The position numbers were made by a program, and so were the translations under genes. 64,000 nucleotides of DNA from Mycobacteriales bacterium (GTDB lineage: Bacteria > Actinomycetota > Actinomycetes > Mycobacteriales > SCTD01): positions 8,821 through 72,820 of the forward strand of contig JBBRNK010000017.1 of assembly GCA_038230355.1 (NCBI GenBank). The letters run 5' to 3'. Below the pieces are notes generated by a model, which was given only the letters and a program-made list of their open reading frames with translations, had not been told where the DNA came from and did not search any database. Below are positions 56,330 through 64,000 of this stretch, one piece after another (position 1 is the stretch's first letter; every line of letters starts with the position of its first letter).

Positions 56330-56798
56330 CACCGGAGACGACGCCAGCCGGACGGTCGTGACGGGGAGCAGGAGCGAGGGCCTGTCGGTCGCCCAGCAGG
56401 AGCGGATCGAGCACGCTGTGGCCACCTGCCGGGCGCAGAACGGCCTGGACGTGTCAGTCCTGGTCGGTGACCTCGTCCTCGACGACCTGGCCGGTTTTCG
56501 GGCCGGTGCCGAGACGCTGCACGCCGCGCTCGGCCCGCGGTCGCATTCAGCGGTGCTGCTCGTCGTGGCCCCCGGCCAGCGCCGGGTCGAGGTCGTGACC
56601 GGTCCCGCGGCCCGCCGTAGGGTCCCTGACCGCGTCGCGGCCCTCGCCGTCCTGTCCATGACGACGGCTTTCGCCGGCGGGGACCTTGCCGGTGGGGTCC
56701 TCGACGGACTGCGGCAGATCTCCCAGGCGGCCGGTGCGGGCCCGGCCTTCGTGCTGCCCGCGGCCGGCCCGGGCACCGAGGTCGCCACCCACCACTGA
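56316..56798 (+). CDS. DUF5130 / TPM-domain protein (CtaI-like)
   Basis: GL..SV.VGDL, AVLL.V.P.QR.VEVVTG, LAV.SM...F..GDL.GG. Confidence 0.8.
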   Translation: MEAGSTGDDASRTVVTGSRSEGLSVAQQERIEHAVATCRAQNGLDVSVLVGDLVLDDLAGFRAGAETLHAALGPRSHSAVLLVVAPGQRRVEVVTGPAARRRVPDRVAALAVLSMTTAFAGGDLAGGVLDGLRQISQAAGAGPAFVLPAAGPGTEVATHH

Positions 56799-56812
56799 GG
56801 CCCCCTCGGGCG

Positions 56813-59356
56813 TCAGCCCGCGGCGGCGTCCCGGGCGCGGGCGCGCAGGGCGCGCACCACCCCGTCGCGACCTTCGAGCAGCAGCCGCGCCAGTGCCGGC
56901 GGCACCTCGTGGGACGCCAGGTAGCTGTCGGTGCGCTCGACGACGGCCGGGGAGACGAGCAGCGTCGGGTACAGCCCGACGACCGCGTTCTGGGCCATCT
57001 CCGCGGTGCGGGTCGCCCACAGGGCGTCGAGGCTCGCGAAGTACGGCTCGACGTACGCCTCGAGCAGGGCGACCTGCTCGGCGTTCTGGAAGCCACCGAT
57101 GACGGCGGCCTGGACGGCGTTGGGCAGGTCGTCACGGTCCACGACCGACGCCCATGCCTGCGCCTTGGCCTCGGCGGTGGGGCGGGCGGCGGAGCAGGAC
57201 GCGGCGTGCCGCTGGCCCGCGGCGGTGGGGTCGGTGGCGACCTCGGCGTCGATCTCGGCGGTGCCGGCCCGGCCGACGGCCACCAGACGGTGCAGGAAGT
57301 GCCAGCGCAGCTCGGCGTCCATCGTCAGGCCGTCCAGGCGGGCGGTGCCGGCGAGCAACCCGGCCAGCAGGTCCAGCTGCTCGTCGGTCGACGCCAGGGA
57401 GCCCAGCGAGCGGGCCCAGGCGAGCTGGAGGTCGCTGCCCGGCTCGGCGGAGCGGGTGGCGGCGAGCGCCGCGGCTGCGAGGTCGGCCCGACCGGTCGGT
57501 GCCCACGCCGGGTCCGCGAACAGCGTCAGGGCGCTCTGGGCCTGGCGCAGCAGCGACTGCACCACGCCGATGTCGCTCTCGCCGCCGATGCCGCGCTGGA
57601 CCAGCGCGACGTAGTCGCGGGCCGGCATCTCCGCGTCGCGGGTCATGTCCCACGCTGCCGCCCAGCACAGCGTTCGGGGGAGCGGCTCGGCGAAGTCGCC
57701 GACGTGCTCGATGAGGGTGTGTAGCGACCGCTCGTCGAGGCGGATCTTGGCGAAGGTCAGGTCGTCGTCGTTGACGAGCACCAGGGCGGGCTGCGCGAGA
57801 CCGAGCAGCGCGGGTACGTCGGTCTTGGCGCCGACGACGTCGAGCTCCTCGCGGTGGGTGCGCACCAGCTTGCCGTCGACCAGGTCGTAGAAGCCCACGG
57901 CGACCCGGTGCGAGCGCAGCGTCGGCCAGTCCGCCGGAGCCTCCTGCAGGATCGAGAAGGCCGACAGCGTGCCGTCGGGGGCAGTTTCGACGTTGGCCCG
58001 CAGGGTGTTGCAGCCGGCTGTCTCGAGCCACTCCGTCGACCAGCTCGACAGGTCACGACCGCTCGCGGCCTCGAGCTCGACCAGCAGGTCGCGCAGCTCG
58101 GTGTTGGCGAACTCGTGCTTCACGAAGTAGGTCCGGATGCCGGACAGGAACGCGTCCTGCCCGACCCACGCGACGAGCTGCTTGAGCACCGAAGCGCCCT
58201 TGGCGTAGGTGATCCCGTCGAAGTTGACCTTGACGGCCTCCATGTCGGGGATGTCCGCGGCGATGGGGTGCGTCGACGGCAGCTGGTCCTGGCGGTAGGC
58301 CCAGGTCTTCTCGCTGTTGGCAAAGGTCGTCCAGGCGTTGGTCCAGCGGGTCGCCTCGACCTGGCACAGCACCGACATGTACGTCGCGAAGCTCTCGTTG
58401 AGCCAGAGGTCGTTCCACCAGCGCATCGTGACGAGGTCGCCGAACCACATGTGGGCCATCTCGTGGAGCACGGTCTCCGCGCGCCGCTCGTACGCCGCGT
58501 CGGTCACCTTGGACCGGAAGACGTAGTCCTCGAGGAAGGTCACCGCCCCGGCGTTCTCCATCGCACCGGCGTTGAACTCCGGGACGAACAGCTGGTCGTA
58601 CTTCCCGAACGGGTAGCGGTAGTCGAAGATCCGGTGGAAGAAGTCGAAGCCCTGCCGGGTCACCGTGAACAGGTCCTCGGCGTCGAGGTGCTGCGCGAGC
58701 GACGCGCGGCAGTAGAGCCCGAGGTCGATCCCGTCGTGGTGGTCGTGCACGTGGTGGTAGGGGCCGGCGATGAGGGCCGTGATGTAGGTCGACATGCGGG
58801 GTGTCACGGCGAAGTGCCAGGTGCCCGGCTCGCCGTCGGCAGGCCCGTCCGACACGGCGCCGTTGCTGATGACGACCCAGTCGCGGGGGGCCCGGACGAC
58901 GAAGCGGAACTCCGCCTTGAGGTCGGGCTGGTCGAAGCAGGCGTACATCCGGTGCGCTTCGAAGGTCTCGAACTGCGTGTAGAGGTAGACGCCGCCGTCG
59001 ACCGGGTCGACGAAGCGGTGCAGGCCTTCGCCGGTACGCATGTAGGCCATCTCGGCCTCGACGACGAGCTCGTTGTCGGCCTCGAGGTCGGTCAGCTGCA
59101 GCCGGTTGCCGTCGAAGTCGGTGACCGCCCGGCCGTTGAGGGTCGCGGCCAGCAGGGTCGGGGCGGTCAGGTCCAGGTGCGTGCGCGCGCCGATGTCGGA
59201 GCAGGAGAAGCGGACGACGGTCCGTGACCGGAAGGTCGTCTCGCCCGGTTTGTCACCGGAACCGTCGGTGAGGTCGAGCTCCACGTCGTACGACGCCACG
59301 GTGAGCAGCCGGGCCCTGGTGCGGGCCTCATCGCGGTGCAGGTTGTTCTCGCTCAC
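56813..59356 (-). CDS. pepN: Aminopeptidase N (M1)
   Basis: GAMEN, HEMAHMWFG...LWLNESFA, ITYAKG. Confidence 0.97.
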   Translation of the reverse strand: MSENNLHRDEARTRARLLTVASYDVELDLTDGSGDKPGETTFRSRTVVRFSCSDIGARTHLDLTAPTLLAATLNGRAVTDFDGNRLQLTDLEADNELVVEAEMAYMRTGEGLHRFVDPVDGGVYLYTQFETFEAHRMYACFDQPDLKAEFRFVVRAPRDWVVISNGAVSDGPADGEPGTWHFAVTPRMSTYITALIAGPYHHVHDHHDGIDLGLYCRASLAQHLDAEDLFTVTRQGFDFFHRIFDYRYPFGKYDQLFVPEFNAGAMENAGAVTFLEDYVFRSKVTDAAYERRAETVLHEMAHMWFGDLVTMRWWNDLWLNESFATYMSVLCQVEATRWTNAWTTFANSEKTWAYRQDQLPSTHPIAADIPDMEAVKVNFDGITYAKGASVLKQLVAWVGQDAFLSGIRTYFVKHEFANTELRDLLVELEAASGRDLSSWSTEWLETAGCNTLRANVETAPDGTLSAFSILQEAPADWPTLRSHRVAVGFYDLVDGKLVRTHREELDVVGAKTDVPALLGLAQPALVLVNDDDLTFAKIRLDERSLHTLIEHVGDFAEPLPRTLCWAAAWDMTRDAEMPARDYVALVQRGIGGESDIGVVQSLLRQAQSALTLFADPAWAPTGRADLAAAALAATRSAEPGSDLQLAWARSLGSLASTDEQLDLLAGLLAGTARLDGLTMDAELRWHFLHRLVAVGRAGTAEIDAEVATDPTAAGQRHAASCSAARPTAEAKAQAWASVVDRDDLPNAVQAAVIGGFQNAEQVALLEAYVEPYFASLDALWATRTAEMAQNAVVGLYPTLLVSPAVVERTDSYLASHEVPPALARLLLEGRDGVVRALRARARDAAAG

Positions 59357-60629
59357 GTACTGGGCCTTCCGTCGGACGGTCTACCGACATTCTTCCACGC
59401 GGCGGCTCCGGGTAGGCAGTCCGGACACCTGACAGGCGGTCGGTAGGAACGGTGAGCAGCAGCAGCAGGGTCCAGACGCCGTACGCGTTCTCGCCGAGGA
59501 TGACGCCGAGCCCGCGGGTGAGGTGGTGACCGACGTGCTGGCCGACGAGGAGATTGACCCCCGAGGCGAACAACGCGACCGTCGTGGCCGCGAGCAGCAG
59601 GCGGGCGGCGGCGCGCCGACGGACGGTGATGTCCTGCGCCCTGACGCCGGCCACGCCGGCGTCGACGATCACCACGAGGGCCGGGACCAGCCAGATGAGG
59701 TGGTGCACCCAGGTGATCGGGCTGACCAGCCCGGCCGTCAGGCCGACCAGCGCATAGGCCGCGAGGTCGTCGCCGCGCTGCCATGCCCTGCGGGCCCGCC
59801 TCAGCCCGAGCGGGAGCACGATCGCGACGGCCAGCAACCAGGGGCCGGTCGGCAGGTGATGGCTGTCGGAAAGGCGGGCCAGCACGCCGCCGATCGACTG
59901 GTTGGCCGCGTCGTCGTCGTACCCGACCCGGGAGGAGTCGAACAGCGCGGCGGTCCAGTAGGTCCACGACGTGCCGGGTGCGACGGCCGCGGTAGCGAGG
60001 GTCGCCCCGATGGCGGCGAGGACCCCGTTGCGGGCGGCGCGGCGCTCGCCGGCGAGCAGCAGGAACACCACGAACAGTCCCGGCGTGAGCTTGATGGCGG
60101 TCGCGAGGCCGGCGCCGACCCCTGCCCATCGTGACCCGCGACGCAGGGCGACGAGGTCGGCGAGCACGAGCGCGGCCAGGTACAGGTTGACCTGGCCGAA
60201 GCCGAGGGTGTCGCGTAGCGGTTGCAGCAGCATCGCGACCGGGAGGGCGAACGCGGTCGTGAGTAGTGCGCCGTGCCGCGCTGCGAGCCGGCTGCCGGAG
60301 ACGCACATCCGGGTCACGACGAAGGCGGCGACGGCGATCAGGCAGGCGTTCGCGGTGATCACGACCACGCGGGGGAGCAGGGTCATCGGCACCATGAGCA
60401 GCGCCGCGAACGGCGGGTAGGTGAAGCCGAGGTGACGGGTGCCGATGCCGAACGCGTAGAGGTCGCCACCGTCGGCCCAGACGTTCACGGCTCCGACGTA
60501 CACCCGGATGTCGAAGTTGCGGTGGTTGACGGCCAGGTGCCGGGTCAGGGTGACGGCAGCCCAGGTGACCAGCACCAGCGCCACCAGGCTCTGCAGGTCC
60601 CTGCGTCGTACCTGAGGCAGTGAGGTCAC
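59328..60629 (-). CDS. GT87 polyprenol-phosphate-mannose alpha-1,2-mannosyltransferase-like
   Basis: D..VY, FTYPPFAAL, GQVNL, AIKLTP, NQS, SPITW.HH. Confidence 0.9.
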   Translation of the reverse strand: MTSLPQVRRRDLQSLVALVLVTWAAVTLTRHLAVNHRNFDIRVYVGAVNVWADGGDLYAFGIGTRHLGFTYPPFAALLMVPMTLLPRVVVITANACLIAVAAFVVTRMCVSGSRLAARHGALLTTAFALPVAMLLQPLRDTLGFGQVNLYLAALVLADLVALRRGSRWAGVGAGLATAIKLTPGLFVVFLLLAGERRAARNGVLAAIGATLATAAVAPGTSWTYWTAALFDSSRVGYDDDAANQSIGGVLARLSDSHHLPTGPWLLAVAIVLPLGLRRARRAWQRGDDLAAYALVGLTAGLVSPITWVHHLIWLVPALVVIVDAGVAGVRAQDITVRRRAAARLLLAATTVALFASGVNLLVGQHVGHHLTRGLGVILGENAYGVWTLLLLLTVPTDRLSGVRTAYPEPPRGRMSVDRPTEGPVREREQPAPR

Positions 60630-60722
60630 CTATCCACGATGCCCGATCTGCCTGACCTGTGTCTGAGCGGCAGGTAACGAATCGGGTGCTTGACTGTGCA
60701 ACTTCCGGGTACTGTCGTCGGT

Positions 60723-61322
60723 ATGACGACCTCTGTGGACTTCTGGTTCGACCCGCTGTGCCCCTGGGCCTGGATCACCTCGCGGTGGGTGCTGGAGGTG
60801 GAGAAGGTCCGCGACCTGAAGGTGACCTGGAACGTGATGTCGCTGGCTGTCCTCAACGACGGTCGAGAGCTGGACGAGAACTACCGCGAGATGATGGCCA
60901 AGGCGTACGGCCCCGTGCGGGTCTGCATCGCCGCGCGCGCCAAGACCGACGACCTGCTCCCGCTGTACACCGCGCTCGGCACCCGGATCCACCACGGCAA
61001 GGTCGAGACCGACGACCCCGCGCTGTTCACCGGTGCGCTCGAGGAGGCCGGCCTGCCCGCCGACCTGGCGGCCGCGGCCACCGACCCGTCGTACGACGAG
61101 GCTCTCAAGGTCGAGCACCACCGCGGGATGGACCCGGTCGGCATGGACGTCGGGACCCCCGTGATCCACGTCGACGGTGTCGCCTTCTTCGGTCCGGTGA
61201 TGAGCCGGATCCCGCGGGGCGAGCAGGCAGGCAAGGTCTGGGACGGCGCGCAGCTGCTGGCCGGCTTCCCGCACTTCTACGAGCTCAAGCGCACCCGTAC
61301 CGAGGGCCCGGTCTTCGACTAA
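60723..61322 (+). CDS. DsbA-like mycothiol-dependent reductase (Rv2466c family)
   Basis: [35 protein letters not shown]. Confidence 0.9.
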   Translation: MTTSVDFWFDPLCPWAWITSRWVLEVEKVRDLKVTWNVMSLAVLNDGRELDENYREMMAKAYGPVRVCIAARAKTDDLLPLYTALGTRIHHGKVETDDPALFTGALEEAGLPADLAAAATDPSYDEALKVEHHRGMDPVGMDVGTPVIHVDGVAFFGPVMSRIPRGEQAGKVWDGAQLLAGFPHFYELKRTRTEGPVFD

Positions 61323-61335
61323 CGCCACGGGCCGG

Positions 61336-62004
61336 TCAGGTCACGATCCGCATGACCTGACCGGTTGGGTCGAGCTCGTCTCCGACCACCTCTGCCTCGC
61401 CGCGCAGCCAGCGCAGACCGGTCCACAGGCAGGCGAGCGCGTCCAGGCAGTCGTCGAGCGAGGCCTGCGGGGGTGGGTCCAACGGCAGCTCGCCGAACGC
61501 CGACGTCAGCAGCCGGACCCGGGCCAGCGCCCCCGCCGCTGACTTCTTGCGGGGCAGCGGCACGGGCAGCCCACCCAGGCCGGCCAGCCGGGAGAACGAC
61601 AGCTCGGGGTGCACCTCGAGCAGCTCCCCCTGAACCAGCCCGCGGGCCGCGTCGACCTCCGCGACCTTCGGCACGATCCCGAAGGCCTGCGCCGACAGCG
61701 ACCGCCCGTCCACCGCGACCGACAGGGCCCGGGCCTGCGCGTAGGTCGTCGCCGCCAGCACGGCGCGGACCGGGGCGGGGAACACCGACGACGTCTGTCC
61801 CGGCAGTGCCCGGCGGGCCAGGACGTCGCACGTCCGGACCCCACGGGTGGGCAGGCCGATCGGGATGTCCACCGCGACCACGTCCACCGGCTCCGACAGG
61901 AACCCGACGGCCGTGGGCCAGAAGCGCCAGCTGACCGTCGTACCGTGCAGGAGGGCCCCGACCCAGCCGCCCTTGCAGCCGTCCACGCCCAGCACCGAGG
62001 TCAC
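61336..62004 (-). CDS. DUF429 (RNase H-like predicted nuclease)
   Basis: GVDGCKGGW, VDIPIGLP, R.CD..AR, SVF..P, EVHPE, DD.LDA. Confidence 0.85.
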   Translation of the reverse strand: MTSVLGVDGCKGGWVGALLHGTTVSWRFWPTAVGFLSEPVDVVAVDIPIGLPTRGVRTCDVLARRALPGQTSSVFPAPVRAVLAATTYAQARALSVAVDGRSLSAQAFGIVPKVAEVDAARGLVQGELLEVHPELSFSRLAGLGGLPVPLPRKKSAAGALARVRLLTSAFGELPLDPPPQASLDDCLDALACLWTGLRWLRGEAEVVGDELDPTGQVMRIVT

Positions 62005-62030
62005 CCGGGCAACCCTGGCAGACTTGCCGT

Positions 62031-62475
<445 letters not shown>

Positions 62476-62483
<8 letters not shown>

Positions 62484-63273
62484 GGGCCACACCATCCACC
62501 GGCTCGCCCGGGACCACGGTGCTCTGCTGAAGGGGCGGGAGGTGTCCCTGTCGAGCCCGCAGGGGCGCTTCGACGACGGGGCGGCGCTGCTGTCCGGGCG
62601 GGTCCTGACCGGCATCGAGCCGTACGGCAAGCACCTGTTCTACGCGTTCGAGGACGAGGTCCTGCTGCACGTGCACCTGGGGTTGTACGGGAAGTGGACG
62701 ACCGGTTTCGGGCCGCCGCCGCTGCCGCGCGGCGCCCTGCGGGTCCGGATGACCGCCGGCGACGCCTGGCTGGACCTGCGTGGTCCCACCGCCTGCGAGG
62801 TCTACAGCCCGCCGGAGAAGGCCGCTGTCCTGGCCCGTCTCGGGCCGGACCCGCTGCGCCGCGACGCCGACCCGCTGCGGGCCTGGACGCGGATCAGCCG
62901 CAGCAGGGCCCCGATCGGGCAGCTGCTCATGGACCAATCCGTGCTGGCGGGGGTGGGCAACGTCTACCGCGCCGAGCTGCTCTTCCGGGCGGGGCTGTCG
63001 CCGTACACCGCCGGCCGCGACGTCTCCCAGAGGACGTGGGAGGCGCTGTGGGAGGACACCCGGACCGTGATGCGCGCGGGCGTGAAGGCAGGCCGCATCG
63101 TGACCACCGCACGGGAGGACCGGGCCCGCGTCTCGGGGCGCGTGAACCGTGACGACGCGCACTACGTCTACCGGCGGGCGGGGCGCGAGTGCCGGCGCTG
63201 CGGGGCCGAGGTCCGGACCCAGGTGATGGCCGCCCGGAACCTGTTCTGGTGCCCTCACTGCCAGCCCAGCTGA
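62476..63273 (+). CDS. nei: Fpg/Nei DNA glycosylase
   Basis: MPEGHT, GKHL, HLGLYG, LMDQ...AGVGNVYR.E, CxxC...CxxCQ zinc finger. Confidence 0.93.
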
Positions 63274-63344
63274 CGGGCACCGGGGCTGCTGGACAAGATC
63301 GTCGGGGCGCTCCGCACCGGCGCACCCGGGTACGCTCCGGCGCG

Positions 63345-64000
63345 ATGACCGAGCCCAAGACCTCCCTGGCGAGCGGCCCTGCGGGGGCTGCTCGCTCGGT
63401 CCTGCTCGCGGTGCCGGGGTCGGTCACCCGGCTGCGCCTGCACCCACCACGGGAGCCCCTGGCCCAGGCCGTCCTGATGCTCATGTCGGTCGCCCTGTTC
63501 GCCCTGGGTGCTGCTGTCGGTGCCCGCTGGGCGCCCCCGGGCGTCCAGATCGTCCCGCTGCTCGCTGGCGGTCTGCTGCTCGGCCGCCGGGCCTTCGCCC
63601 GCCTGGTGGCGGTGATTGTCGTGTGCCTGGCCTTGTCGTTCGCCCTCGAGCACGGCCCCTACTCCCCTCCCGGAGCGATCTTCGTCGTGGGCTTCGCCGG
63701 GCTGATCGGGTACGAGTTCGCCCGCTCCCGCGACGAGACCGGCCTCGGCGGCCTCCGCAGCGACACCGTCCTGCTCGAGCTCAAGCGACGCCTCAAGCTC
63801 CAGGGCGAGCTTCCCCCGTTGCCTGGCCCCTACCGGGCGGAGGCGGTCGTCAAACCGGCCGGCGGTGGGCCCTTCTCCGGCGACTTCGTGGTCTCCGCCG
63901 TGACCGGACACCGGTTCGAGGTGGCCCTGGTCGACGTGAGCGGCAAGGGCGTCGAGGCCGGTACCCGCGCGCTGCTGCTGTCCGGTGCCCTCGGCGGTCT
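63345..64000 (+). CDS. Membrane PP2C/SpoIIE-family phosphatase (partial; runs off window)
   Basis: Own translation: TM region, then ...PAGGGPFSGDFVV...LVDVSGKG..AGTRALLLSGALGG. Confidence 0.88.
   Translation, partial: MTEPKTSLASGPAGAARSVLLAVPGSVTRLRLHPPREPLAQAVLMLMSVALFALGAAVGARWAPPGVQIVPLLAGGLLLGRRAFARLVAVIVVCLALSFALEHGPYSPPGAIFVVGFAGLIGYEFARSRDETGLGGLRSDTVLLELKRRLKLQGELPPLPGPYRAEAVVKPAGGGPFSGDFVVSAVTGHRFEVALVDVSGKGVEAGTRALLLSGALGG

Overview
High-GC actinobacterial chromosome. A conserved backbone (tRNA-Arg(TCT), ssb-like, ettA ... glbO, mscS, HNH, malQ, ctaJ/ctaI-like pair, pepN, Rv2466c-like DsbA, rpiB, nei) is interrupted between ettA and glbO by a ~40 kb flagellar and chemotaxis region (11.1-51.3 kb). 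That region encodes FliW-CsrA-sigma28, the export apparatus, C-ring, MotAB, hook/rod, two minimal flagellins with an adjacent GT2-GT2-TPR glycosyltransferase, and divergent cheA-W-B / cheR-X-Y operons. Most notable observations: (1) a cis-regulatory pattern across the cluster, with sigma28-type promoters, paired CsrA-type GGA hairpins in several leaders and a recurring BldM-box-like palindrome; (2) an FlhF-like gene with no GTPase domain; (3) unusual stator ion-channel residues; (4) a ferredoxin plus peroxiredoxin-like insert inside the flagellar operon; (5) a 23-codon micro-ORF coupled between cheW and cheB, with no chemoreceptor in the window; (6) a degenerate copy of the tRNA-Arg 3' half 1.5 kb away, marking a probable decayed islet. 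All calls come from reading the sequence and recognising motifs; no database searches were run, and several starts were adjusted by eye from RBS or stop/start overlaps.
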